A stretch of 64,000 bases of DNA from a virus: positions 366,259 to 430,258 of IMG/VR virus record IMGVR_UViG_3300038463_000730. One strand, written 5' to 3'. How positions within the stretch are numbered: position 1 is the first letter of the stretch; every line of letters starts with the position of its first letter. The notes below the pieces were generated by a model. The model saw only the letters and a list, made by a program, of their open reading frames with translations, was not told the DNA's origin and made no database searches. The position numbers and the translations under genes are program-made. Shown here one piece after another: positions 1 through 8,427 of this stretch.

Positions 1-164
1 GCGCTACATGACCTTTTCTGTGTAAATTATGCACTTTGCCATGACAAGTTTCACACAGTGGTATTACCCGTTTACCGCCTAATACCACCGGAACAACATG
101 ATGCATCTCTTCAACCAGACCGCCGCATTCAAAACAGCAATCACTATCTATTATTGGATTGAAG
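1..164 (-). CDS. HNH endonuclease, partial (the C-terminal end runs off the window)
   Basis: Reverse-strand translation of 1-164 reads ...DCCFECGGLVEEMHHVVPVVLGGKRVIPLCETCHGKVHNLH..., a classic HNH/His-Me finger motif. No ATG is present; a GTG start near 149 is possible. Confidence 0.5.
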
Positions 165-185
165 ACTGCTTCTCTCACGAGATCC

Positions 186-1151
186 TTATTTCGAACAACA
201 TGATTCGCGTGGAGTATGCACGACCGGTAACCCTCTTCCAATACTAGGCCGAGCTAGCTCAGGATGTTCTTTCATCCATGATTGGACGAACCACAATTGT
301 CCGCATCCACCCCCGACATCGTCTTGTCCGGCCGGATCGAATACCCGTGTACTGAAACCACGGTCACCGAGTAGCTTCCTAAATCGTACGGCAAGCTCGC
401 GTTGACGTTCATTGGCAGCAGCAATACTCTCATCGCGTTCACAAATGACTGAGATAGTCGCTTCCCAAACATCGGGATCAAGCAACTCACGAATCTGGTC
501 TGCATTAAGAACAGACGAATTCTTCTCGTGCGCACAATAGTTGAAAAAGGGTTTTCTCCCGACTTCACGAAACCACCGCTCGCCTTCCTTTGCAATCTCG
601 GCCAAAGACAACTTTGCTTTGAACGGAATCAAATTGTCTCGAACATCATCCGTCGATTCATGAACCGAGAATTGAAGACCCACAGTCGGTATCTGTTGTG
701 ACAACTTGATCACATCGTCATAGTTGATACGTGGTCCGATCGTGCTGATCAACAATGCGAACTTCGGGTACAACCGATACATCTCGTGGAAAGCCGGAAC
801 CAAGTTCTTCAGGTTCAGTAGCGGCTCGCCCATGCTCATGACCATGATCTGTCCACGCTCGACCTTGGCCGGATCGATCCCCTTGTCCTTGAATAGATGT
901 CGTGGTTGCGCGACGATTTCTTCCGCGGTCAAACTGCGAACGAAGTTGTCACCCGCTCCACAGAACCGACAACCCACCGGGCAACCGCTTTGTGTACTAA
1001 TACACATGACGGTTCGCTCTTCGTATGTCGGATACTTATACAGTACCGATTCGGCGACTGCCGTGTCTTTTGAGAAGACATACTTCAGAACGTTCTCGTC
1101 TTTGCTCACAACCGTCTTGATATCATTCCACTGCGTATTATTCTGATTCAT
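186..1151 (-). CDS. RlmN/Cfr-family radical SAM RNA methyltransferase
   Basis: CPVGCRFCGAG radical-SAM CxxxCxxC motif followed by the MSMGEPLLNL segment; the C-terminal GGGCGQL matches the conserved RlmN ACGQL catalytic-Cys region. Confidence 0.8.
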   Translation of the reverse strand: MNQNNTQWNDIKTVVSKDENVLKYVFSKDTAVAESVLYKYPTYEERTVMCISTQSGCPVGCRFCGAGDNFVRSLTAEEIVAQPRHLFKDKGIDPAKVERGQIMVMSMGEPLLNLKNLVPAFHEMYRLYPKFALLISTIGPRINYDDVIKLSQQIPTVGLQFSVHESTDDVRDNLIPFKAKLSLAEIAKEGERWFREVGRKPFFNYCAHEKNSSVLNADQIRELLDPDVWEATISVICERDESIAAANERQRELAVRFRKLLGDRGFSTRVFDPAGQDDVGGGCGQLWFVQSWMKEHPELARPSIGRGLPVVHTPRESCCSK

Positions 1152-1157
1152 TGTATT

Positions 1158-1547
1158 TCACTTTCCAAGTAGTTCGGCGTCTGTTATTTTCTGGATTCGC
1201 TCTTTCTCTGTCCTGAGCCGCTCGATACTGGTGAGCAAATCCTTGTTCGGGCTTCCGCCGAGTTTCTTGATCGTTCCAACGCTATTCATTGCGGTCGTGA
1301 TATCGCGTTCGAGCTTGCGAAGGTCTTCTTCCAACTCTTCTCGTTTGTGAGAGAGTAGTTCTCTTCGAGTTGCATCGACCCGGTCCCGAATCTCCTTCGG
1401 GAGACGATCTCGTTGTCCATTGGTCTCGATGAATAGAGCCAACTTGTGAGCTAAGCTCTGCGCCTTGCAAGCTCGGGTATGTTCGTGTTCCGCATTCTTT
1501 TTTGGTTGGACCGGAGGGTCTTCCATGTAATCACATCGACAGGGCAT
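1158..1547 (-). CDS. hypothetical protein (charged, coiled-coil-like)
   Basis: 129-aa ORF packed tightly between flanking genes; no recognisable domain. Confidence 0.45.
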   Translation of the reverse strand: MPCRCDYMEDPPVQPKKNAEHEHTRACKAQSLAHKLALFIETNGQRDRLPKEIRDRVDATRRELLSHKREELEEDLRKLERDITTAMNSVGTIKKLGGSPNKDLLTSIERLRTEKERIQKITDAELLGK

Positions 1548-1562
1548 AGTAATTCTCCATTT

Positions 1563-1835
1563 CTAAGCCAAACATCTTACCTTATTCCAAAGTCTCAAGC
1601 CTTCTTGTACCGATTCAGCTTTCTGGATTATCTTCCATGCTCGTTCGGCATCATATTGGGCTGCGAAACCTATAACCGTAATGCTCGGTACCTTAGTGTA
1701 TTTCCCATAATAGTTTCTAGTTGATCCTTGTTTGCTGTAGTCTATTAGAGGACAGACTAAAGTAATATCATTATCCTGATCAACTATCGTACATAAGGTA
1801 CCGGCATTGTTTCCTTTAACGTATAGTCCGATCAT
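1563..1835 (-). CDS. hypothetical protein
   Basis: 90-aa ORF in the minus-strand gene array. Confidence 0.4.
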   Translation of the reverse strand: MIGLYVKGNNAGTLCTIVDQDNDITLVCPLIDYSKQGSTRNYYGKYTKVPSITVIGFAAQYDAERAWKIIQKAESVQEGLRLWNKVRCLA

Positions 1836-2863
1836 CGCCTATAGCTGCGGCCTCCCTGTGTGAAGAAGTTGACGACGTGAAAGTGATCCTCGAAGAATTC
1901 CTCTTCGCGAGTCTGAAACTCACTGAGCGGCATCCACCAAGCTTTGTCCGCATCATCGGCTCCCTTCACCATCGGAAGCAAACCGCTTCCAAGATCGAAG
2001 TAGAACCCATGAGTAATCGTACGACCTCGAAGGCTACGACCTGGAGCATCGAAGACGTGTTCACCCTCGATTGACTTCATCAAGTCAGCTGCATTGACCT
2101 TAATGCCCGTCTCCTCGCGCAGCTCCCGCACACAACCATCCACAATGAACTCGTGTTGATTGAGGAAGCCTCCAGGCAGGGCGATCAGGCCTTTACCGAG
2201 TGCGCCCTTTCTACGAACAACCAGTACGTGCCCTGACTTGATCACGATCGCATCGGTCGTAACGAATGTTGGGCTGAACGGAGCGCCGCGCCATTCTTCC
2301 TTGTATTGGTTGATATGATCAAACTCCGCCTTCAACCGCTCGAACTGAGCGGTCTTCTGGAACTCGACCATGAACTCCGCAGTCTTCGGATGGACGAACT
2401 TTTTGAAGCCCGCGTCCAGCGTGAAGTACAGGTTTCGGATGTCTGTAGCGTGTGTAGGGACATCCGTCTTGAAGTCAATAGGTTCGCCCCACTGCGGGAA
2501 GAGGTTCATGTAGTAGCTTGACCTATCGCTTTTGTGCCCTATCAACTTAACGTTGTCAGAGTACTCAGTATAGTCAGCGACCTTCTGCTGAATCTCTACG
2601 ATCCAGTTATTCTCCTGGTAGAGATAATCCCGAATCGGAATGAACTCTACGCGAGCGTTCTGCTCGGGAGTCAACGTGACGCGAATCATCTGTTCGCGTT
2701 CGTCAGATGTCCAAGGGTTCTTGCTGGTGGGCGCTTTCTTATGGCTACCCAGCACGACAATTACCTTCTCCGCCAATGTCAGACCCTCTTGCAGGATCAT
2801 GTTATGACCGAGGTGGAACGGTTCGAAACGACCAATAAATACGACGTGGCTTAGCTTTTGCAT
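1832..2863 (-). CDS. bifunctional NMN adenylyltransferase / Nudix hydrolase (NadM/NatV-like)
   Basis: N-terminal FIGRFEPFHLGHN is the nucleotidyltransferase (H/T)xGH motif. The C-terminal GGFLNQHEFIVDGCVRELREETGI is a Nudix box (GX5EX7REUXEEXGU). Confidence 0.8.
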   Translation of the reverse strand: MQKLSHVVFIGRFEPFHLGHNMILQEGLTLAEKVIVVLGSHKKAPTSKNPWTSDEREQMIRVTLTPEQNARVEFIPIRDYLYQENNWIVEIQQKVADYTEYSDNVKLIGHKSDRSSYYMNLFPQWGEPIDFKTDVPTHATDIRNLYFTLDAGFKKFVHPKTAEFMVEFQKTAQFERLKAEFDHINQYKEEWRGAPFSPTFVTTDAIVIKSGHVLVVRRKGALGKGLIALPGGFLNQHEFIVDGCVRELREETGIKVNAADLMKSIEGEHVFDAPGRSLRGRTITHGFYFDLGSGLLPMVKGADDADKAWWMPLSEFQTREEEFFEDHFHVVNFFTQGGRSYRR

Positions 2864-2970
2864 TTCACTCTCCGTGGTAACAACGAGTAACGCTCCCTCA
2901 CTGGGAACTTCGTCGAGAACTTTTTAGGGTTCGCCTAATATGCGTCAAGTTGCCCAGAACTTGATCTCGA

Positions 2971-3264
2971 CTAAATAAACACTTCGAGCTTTTTCGGTAA
3001 CATCAAAAACCTGTCGGATATCGCAGCAGCCTCAATTGCTGCCATGGCTTCTCCACGTGTGGGATAAGTTTTGCGCCATGCCGAACAAGAAGAGACAACC
3101 GGTCCACCGTAGTAATCGGCGCACCATACATAACTCTTTTGATCGATATTCCAACCGTCACGGACTACCAATCCAAGTTGATATTCCAACCGTCCCATTG
3201 TTACGAGATAGCCTGCCAGTCCAGAATCATCAACAATCCATCGGCAGATAGTCATAGGAAACAC
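2971..3264 (-). CDS. small-protein paralog family member
   Basis: Shares the central TRGEAMAAIEAAA motif with the 3516-5954 family. Confidence 0.4.
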   Translation of the reverse strand: MFPMTICRWIVDDSGLAGYLVTMGRLEYQLGLVVRDGWNIDQKSYVWCADYYGGPVVSSCSAWRKTYPTRGEAMAAIEAAAISDRFLMLPKKLEVFI

Positions 3265-3515
3265 TTATGTTTCTCGGACAACATTGTGTACCCGTATTCT
3301 TTCGCCATCTTCTCAAGTCTAGTGTGACCTTCATCGAATGAATCAACATAGACTCCAGAGTTGTATACAGCGCGATCTCTTTTCGGTTTGATTAGAACCT
3401 ATATTCAATTGCAAAGTGTGAACGATAACTTGCCCAGTTTTACAATCAACAACGTCCCACTCGACGCAATCTTCGCCTTCAATCTTAAGCGTTCGAGATT
3501 CCCAACGACAGTACT

Positions 3516-3872
3516 TCATAACATCACGATCAGCCGTTGTGGCGCGATGATGTACCCATGTTCGATAGCGTACTTGTCTGCCGTGTCCTTGGCATTTTCC
3601 AGGCTTTCATTGTTAATGAATCTCTTGGTCGGAAACCAGTGTTCGTAAACATACGATAAAAATTCTTCCGGATTGGAAGAGTATGTATCGAATGCCGTTA
3701 ATCGCATCTGACCAAAACTATCATGACGTTCCCACAATCCAACCGAGGTCCGTTGCCACGGACCGAGCACTATTTTCTTTAGCGTAACATGAGTCATAGC
3801 ATGCATTGGTGCTTGTCGGACAGGAGAAGGTAACCTAGGTCTACTAGTGCGGCTTCGGCTCGTGCTACGCAT
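3516..3872 (-). CDS. small-protein paralog family member (…LIVML C-terminus)
   Basis: GPWQ near the N-terminus, central SLENAKDTADKYAIEHG, C-terminal …ML. Confidence 0.5.
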   Translation of the reverse strand: MRSTSRSRTSRPRLPSPVRQAPMHAMTHVTLKKIVLGPWQRTSVGLWERHDSFGQMRLTAFDTYSSNPEEFLSYVYEHWFPTKRFINNESLENAKDTADKYAIEHGYIIAPQRLIVML

Positions 3873-4048
3873 TGCTCGATCGTTTCACCAAATCCCTCGT
3901 CATAATGACTGGTTGCTGGATTCCATACACCGTAATCAAACTTGCCGTTCCGGTAGAAGATGATCGCGATCAATGCTCCGTTCGTAGCTGTTCTGGTAAC
4001 ATGGAACTGAGAGACCTCCCAAGGTTTCAGGATAATCTTCTGGCTCAT
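3794..4048 (-). CDS. small-protein paralog family member
   Basis: LKPWEV N-terminal motif, IEQCVARAEAALVDLG central motif, C-terminal …CML. Confidence 0.5.
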   Translation of the reverse strand: MSQKIILKPWEVSQFHVTRTATNGALIAIIFYRNGKFDYGVWNPATSHYDEGFGETIEQCVARAEAALVDLGYLLLSDKHQCML

Positions 4049-4371
4049 AACATGCTTCTATACTTGTCTTTTAAACAGCGAAAGCCAATACCAGTTGCCA
4101 TCTTGTCTGCAATCATCTTGGCTTCTTCAAGTGAAGACGGTCTTGCCGCACCTTCACTTATACAATGGTCTTTTGAGTTGTAGACAAAGATATTATAGGT
4201 ATTCTCAATGGCATTGAATAGAACGATGCATTGAGAATGTTCGAACCGTTTATTCTTTCGAACATATACCTTGTTTCCAATTTCTACCCACGGTAGCAAG
4301 ATAAATCGGTCATCTTTTGGTGATGTGCTGGCCATGATGACGTAGTATCCTCCGCGAACTAGAGCATGCAT
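4045..4371 (-). CDS. small-protein paralog family member
   Basis: LLPWVE motif, SLEEAKMIADKMATGIG central motif, C-terminal …SML. Confidence 0.5.
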   Translation of the reverse strand: MHALVRGGYYVIMASTSPKDDRFILLPWVEIGNKVYVRKNKRFEHSQCIVLFNAIENTYNIFVYNSKDHCISEGAARPSSLEEAKMIADKMATGIGFRCLKDKYRSML

Positions 4372-4637
4372 TTTAGTTTCTCGAACTCTTCTTCTGTCAA
4401 GAGTCTGTAGAATCGACGAGCAACGCAGTCCGCTCGATTCATCGCCTCTCCAATCGTCGGACCGGAGCCTTGAAGTATCTCGCCGTTATCGTAAACGTAC
4501 CAACCCCAAGGTTCTTTCCTCGAATCAACAAGAGTATTGTCCAATACTAGGTGAACTCGAACATATCCGTCCGTTCCTTTACGATGCCATGGGTAAAGTT
4601 GGTCGTCTGTAGAGACTTCCCAAGGCAAAAGAATCAT
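4359..4637 (-). CDS. small-protein paralog family member
   Basis: MILLPWEV N-terminus, TIGEAMNRADCVARRF central motif, C-terminal …CML. Confidence 0.5.
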   Translation of the reverse strand: MILLPWEVSTDDQLYPWHRKGTDGYVRVHLVLDNTLVDSRKEPWGWYVYDNGEILQGSGPTIGEAMNRADCVARRFYRLLTEEEFEKLKCML

Positions 4638-4972
4638 AAGAACGCTCGATGCTTGACTTTTGTCAGCAGAAAACCAAATTCTCGAAGCTTTTTATCAGCG
4701 GCAAACTTCGCTTTACGTACAGAATCGATATTCTCCGAATAACCGGAGTCCTCCGACCCTGGTAAGTGGTAAACAAGGTACTGCCAGATCTCATTGTTAG
4801 GATAAATCATCGCAACAATTGATCCGTTGACGTTTTTTCTATAATAAGATGGTACGGTATGGTATTGGGAATAGGTCGTTACCCAAGGTAGAACCATACG
4901 ATACCTAGCGATCGTGTCTGCCACGGCTTTTCCCTGTTTTTGCTCTGGATTGACGTATCCGTTTCGCCTCAT
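4634..4972 (-). CDS. small-protein paralog family member
   Basis: VLPWV motif, NIDSVRKAKFAADKKLREFG central motif. Confidence 0.5.
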   Translation of the reverse strand: MRRNGYVNPEQKQGKAVADTIARYRMVLPWVTTYSQYHTVPSYYRKNVNGSIVAMIYPNNEIWQYLVYHLPGSEDSGYSENIDSVRKAKFAADKKLREFGFLLTKVKHRAFL

Positions 4973-5345
4973 CCGAGCCAGGAACGTGCGGACGCTTGTT
5001 TAGTTCGTACAATATGTCCTTTAATAGGATCGTAACCGATCTAAATGTCGCCGCATTCTTTTGATTTGAGCCCGTAATTGGAAGAGCCGGATCGAAACGA
5101 AGATTCGGTGTATGACCTGATTGATACCGGTATACCGCGTAGAGTGGTGGGGTAGTGTGCTCATCATAAACCACGCCATTCTCGTCCTCGATCAACCCAT
5201 CCCCGAGGTTATGCGTACTACGCAAGTTGTTTTTGTAACATGAGTCACGCAATGTTAGAAGTTGGCGCGTCGGAATCTTCTCGACCTCCGATGGCGTAGC
5301 TTCTTCGTAATCAGGTTTACGAGGCATAGATTTTCTAGGCATCAT
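4905..5345 (-). CDS. hypothetical protein
   Basis: 146-aa ORF; basic C-terminus. Confidence 0.4.
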   Translation of the reverse strand: MMPRKSMPRKPDYEEATPSEVEKIPTRQLLTLRDSCYKNNLRSTHNLGDGLIEDENGVVYDEHTTPPLYAVYRYQSGHTPNLRFDPALPITGSNQKNAATFRSVTILLKDILYELNKRPHVPGSDEAKRIRQSRAKTGKSRGRHDR

Positions 5346-5764
5346 TGCTGTTGGCTTTCATAGTCGAAGATGAGTTGCTGAAGATAGTTTGCGCGAAGAT
5401 TAATCCAACGCAATAACCCGAGCATCACTAGCATCGGTCCCAACATACAAAGATCCTCCGGCCTCTTGAGAAAGAGGCCTTCGCAAAATATTGCGCTGAT
5501 TACGGCCAGGATGATCGCTCCGATCACAGTTATGATCCGCCACGCAACAAGCGCTTCCTCGGCTTTTTTGAACTCCGACTCCGAAATCCTGCGTTTACGT
5601 GGCTGTTTCAACGTGAATTCGTTTTCGCTGATGTCCATCACTAACTCAGGATCTTCGGACCGACCGCTCGACTTCCGAGCGCATTGAAAGATTTGATCAC
5701 TGAAAAATCGAAAACCGTTCGCCAAGCAAACGGTAGCCCAATTCTTTAGCTTTTCGATCGACAA
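5342..5764 (-). CDS. hypothetical membrane protein
   Basis: Two predicted TM helices (IITVIGAIILAVISAIF…, MLGPMLVMLGLL). Confidence 0.45.
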   Translation of the reverse strand: MSIEKLKNWATVCLANGFRFFSDQIFQCARKSSGRSEDPELVMDISENEFTLKQPRKRRISESEFKKAEEALVAWRIITVIGAIILAVISAIFCEGLFLKRPEDLCMLGPMLVMLGLLRWINLRANYLQQLIFDYESQQQ

Positions 5765-5954
5765 TCTCCACGCCTTCGTCTTTCGTCTGGCAATGCCCCT
5801 GCAATATATGCCCGTCTTCTCTAATCAGCATCCAAAACCAGCTGTCTTCAAACGGATCTTTTATCACCTTGTGGATAAATCTACGATTCGTCCCAACTTC
5901 CTGACGCCAAAAGATTCTTTCGGAAAGAGTTTGCCAGGGACCGTGTATCCGCAT
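5697..5954 (-). CDS. small-protein paralog family member
   Basis: GPWQ motif and DEGVEIVDRKAKELG central motif. Confidence 0.45.
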   Translation of the reverse strand: MRIHGPWQTLSERIFWRQEVGTNRRFIHKVIKDPFEDSWFWMLIREDGHILQGHCQTKDEGVEIVDRKAKELGYRLLGERFSIFQ

Positions 5955-6352
5955 CTTAAGCAGATATCGAAATATCCATACAGGCTTCCACTACGACTTC
6001 GTACGGCTTAAAGAGGAAAGGCGACCTAGCCTGGTCGCCTCTCCCGTTCGTTTTACAAAAACAAAGTTTGTAATGGCCGTTTTTACGAAGTACTCATACG
6101 TTTAAAACAAGAAGTCACATTGAAGGTCGCTATTATCCTGCCATTAGACGACTTCCCCGCTAAAGACACAAACCACCAGTCTTTAGTGTTGCTATTTTAC
6201 AAGTCGTGCCTCAACGAGCTTGTATCCTTAGCGGGGAAGGTTAGAATTGAACTAACATATAGCTGAACCTAGCTTCTTATTTTTCGACTAAGCACCTCAT
6301 TGGCGATTTAACTTGGAATGATAGTCTAAAGTATCATGTGGTCTAAGCTTTT

Positions 6353-6448
6353 GCCTCTGCCATTCGGCTACCTCCTCAGATGGCCGGTCTAAACCGGTCG
6401 TTTTTATGCAACCGAAGTTGCGGCGAGGAGGGCAGGACTTGAACCTGC
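6353..6448 (-). ncRNA. tRNA-like halves in permuted order (3' half 6426-6448, 5' half 6353-6378, 47-nt spacer)
   Basis: On the minus strand, GCAGGUUCAAGUCCUGC (a T-arm) plus CCUCCUC comes first. A hairpin-rich spacer follows. Then comes GAGGAGG-UA-GCC-GAAUGGCAGA-GGC, a type-II D-arm like those of the two Leu tRNAs here. The two 7-mers are complementary, as acceptor strands would be. Confidence 0.35.
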
Positions 6449-6552
6449 AAATTTAAGCTGTCCGAAGTACTGAAGATTGATTCTAAGTTTGTGTCATTCC
6501 TAACATCCGATTCGGCCGAAGCCGTTCCGGAATCCTTTGGTTCCCGCGAACG

Positions 6553-7299
6553 TTACTTCGCGAACAAGAAACCGAAAACCTTATTACCGACGTGCTGCTG
6601 GCTCACATCTGTGTTGTTGGCAGCCTCGCGAGCAAACTTCACCGCGTTCTGCAACTTCTCGACCCGACGAAGCAACTCGGTTGCTCTGGCCTGCGGCAAC
6701 GCGCCAGACGCCTTCACCGTGCTCCACGTTCCGACCAGGACGTCCTCGGAGAAGACATCAACTTGTGCCGGGTGTTTGTCCGTTGCGGGAGCCTTGACGT
6801 GGTTCCGCATGACCTTCTTTGTCTTCACCGTCTCGCTGGCCGGTGTGACGAAGTTATTCGTCGCGTTGCTAAACTCCCAATGCTCAGACGGATCCAGAAC
6901 GGGAAGCTTCTTCACGAAGGTGTGAATATCAACCAGTTCCTTCTCCAAGAAGAGAAGATACGTGACCGGAACCTGGGCGAGCAATGTCACCCCATCCACC
7001 ACGACATCTCCAACAGCCTTCGTGTTACCCCAGTCCTTTGTCGCCGTGACATCGAATTTCTTCGAAAGAATCTCGGTCGTCTTGTCGAGCATTTCCTCGA
7101 CCGTCACCTGAACGCGAGTCTCCTCTGAGGGAAGCTTGTCGCCTTCCTCATCCTTCGGAGAGTACTTCCGCGCAATGCCCTGGAGCAGTGCGGGCTTCTG
7201 CAAAGCGTGATGCGCCTCGGTCAACTCAGAGTGTGACCGTGACTTCGTGCCCTTCTCGATTGCGATGATCTGATTTAGTTTAACTGTGCTCATGTTCAT
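6553..7299 (-). CDS. hypothetical protein
   Basis: 248-aa ORF with no recognised motif. Confidence 0.5.
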   Translation of the reverse strand: MNMSTVKLNQIIAIEKGTKSRSHSELTEAHHALQKPALLQGIARKYSPKDEEGDKLPSEETRVQVTVEEMLDKTTEILSKKFDVTATKDWGNTKAVGDVVVDGVTLLAQVPVTYLLFLEKELVDIHTFVKKLPVLDPSEHWEFSNATNNFVTPASETVKTKKVMRNHVKAPATDKHPAQVDVFSEDVLVGTWSTVKASGALPQARATELLRRVEKLQNAVKFAREAANNTDVSQQHVGNKVFGFLFAK

Positions 7300-7341
7300 T
7301 TCTCCGTATCTTAATTTCTCGTAAACGTCTTTCCCATTTAG

Positions 7342-7416
7342 AGCCCACAGCTGGATTCAAACCAACGACTCCGCAGCACGAAGGCCGCGTACTCTGATCA
7401 ACTGAGTTATGTGGGC
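7342..7416 (-). tRNA. tRNA-like gene, atypical anticodon arm (stem GCGGC/GCUGC, 6-nt loop CUUCGU)
   Basis: Reverse complement GCCCACA-UA-ACUC…GAGU…GUUGG-UUUGAAU-CCAGC-UGUGGGC-U has a perfect acceptor and good T and D arms. The anticodon loop is not 7 nt by hand folding. Confidence 0.5.
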
Positions 7417-7434
7417 AAAACTGTTACCGTAACT

Positions 7435-7510
7435 TGGAGCCCAGGGTTGGATTTGAACCAACGACCTTCCGATTAAAACCGGCTGCTCTAACAGACTGAG
7501 CTACCCGGGC
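7435..7510 (-). tRNA. tRNA-like gene (Lys-UUU-like) with a 6-nt anticodon loop UUUUAA and encoded CCA
   Basis: Reverse complement GCCCGGG-UA-GCUC-AGUCUGUUA-GAGC-A-GCCGG-UUUUAA-UCGG… has a perfect acceptor with G·U and encoded CCA. The anticodon arm is one nt short of canonical. Confidence 0.5.
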
Positions 7511-7609
7511 CAATAATGAAACTATGAATTGAAGGTCAACGATCGACCTCCGCGTGAAGTCTGCACCTGGGTGCATCGTACCGATCGTAAGTAGGAAACC
7601 GTTAACCAG

Positions 7610-7687
7610 TGGGGAGTGCTGCTTTCGAGACAGCGACCACTCCGGGTCGAAACCTTTCGTTGCTCTACCATTCTGAGCTAACTCCCC
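7610..7687 (-). tRNA. tRNA-like element, atypical
   Basis: Reverse complement GGGGAGU-UA-GCUC-AGAAUGGUA-GAGC… ACUCCCC-A has acceptor and D arm. The middle region (…CGACC-CGGAGU-GGUCG…) does not fold canonically. Confidence 0.35.
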
Positions 7688-7717
7688 GTAAACTACAACT
7701 CGACAAACGTAACTTGT

Positions 7718-8149
7718 TCATATCTGAACAATGAATCGACCGGCCTCCTCAATTCCTTCGATCACCGATCGAGCCGTTGCTCGGTCTAGATCTTTTTGCT
7801 CTTCAGAAAGTTCCGTATACGGAACAAACAAATCCTCACCCTTCGAACTATAATACTCTTTGAACCCTTGCGATTTCTTCTTTGTCATCCAGCCTTCGTG
7901 GACTTTATCCGCAATCACTTCCAATACCGTTACATCTTCGAACTTCGAAAAATACACATCCATTCGGTACATCAACTCTTCGCCAATATCACCGTCTCCA
8001 CCAGCCTGGAGATCCAGCTGTCCGTCACATTGATCTTCATCAATCTTTCGAATTGCATTGAAAAGAGTAACAGACTGTTTGTTATGCGGAATTCCTTGCT
8101 CCCAACGTTCTTCAACGGTTAGTTTGGACGTGTCTTTTTTCTTCTTCAT
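7718..8149 (-). CDS. hypothetical protein (start moved to the internal Met MKKKKDTSKL to avoid the tRNA overlap)
   Basis: The ORF-track start at 8197 overlaps the tRNA-like gene 8153-8227; the internal ATG at 8149 removes the overlap. Confidence 0.5.
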   Translation of the reverse strand: MKKKKDTSKLTVEERWEQGIPHNKQSVTLFNAIRKIDEDQCDGQLDLQAGGDGDIGEELMYRMDVYFSKFEDVTVLEVIADKVHEGWMTKKKSQGFKEYYSSKGEDLFVPYTELSEEQKDLDRATARSVIEGIEEAGRFIVQI

Positions 8150-8152
8150 GAG

Positions 8153-8227
8153 CGGGACGAGCCGGATTTGAACCAACGTTCGGGCAGATTTCGCCACCCG
8201 TATCCTAAGCCACTAGATGATCGTCCC
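8153..8227 (-). tRNA. tRNA-like gene with degenerate anticodon arm
   Basis: Reverse complement GGGACGA…GUUGG-UUCAAAU-CCGGC-UCGUCCC-G has good acceptor and T arm. The anticodon region shows only a 3-bp stem (GGC/GCC) with loop GAAAUCU. Confidence 0.4.
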
Positions 8228-8342
8228 AAAGAAAAACGATTCAGAAACCTCACTAACATTTCGAACTATTAGTGCTGCACGTAAGCTTTCAATAATATAA
8301 ATCAGAAATCTGTTTTATGCTTACTTTCGTGAATCATCTTCT

Positions 8343-8420
8343 TGGCTCGCGCTGATGGATTTGAACCACCGACCTTCCACCCGCTAAGGTGAACGCTCTA
8401 ACAGACTGAGCTAAGCGCGA
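8343..8420 (-). tRNA. tRNA-like gene with 6-nt anticodon loop UUAGCG and encoded CCA
   Basis: Reverse complement UCGCGCU-UA-GCUC-AGUCUGUUA-GAGC-GU-UCACC-UUAGCG-GGUGG-AAGGUC-GGUGG-UUCAAAU-CCAUC-AGCGCGA-G-CCA. Confidence 0.5.
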
Positions 8421-8427
8421 ATGATAA

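Noticed and set aside
724-1146. Plus-strand ORFs overlapping minus-strand genes (e.g. 724-1146, 6592-7128, 25286-25828, 32956-33612, 52432-53166, 59933-60511)
   Set aside because: These are antisense shadow ORFs of well-supported minus-strand genes (RlmN, EF-Tu, RNA ligase, helicase and others). They have no motifs and their composition is typical of non-coding frames.
7435-7510. Reading the loop UUUUAAU of this tRNA as an ochre-suppressor (UUA) anticodon
   Set aside because: In the register that would place UUA at positions 34-36 the flanking stem does not pair. The pairing that works (CCGG/UCGG) gives a 6-nt loop UUUUAA, closest to a Lys-UUU tRNA missing one loop nucleotide.
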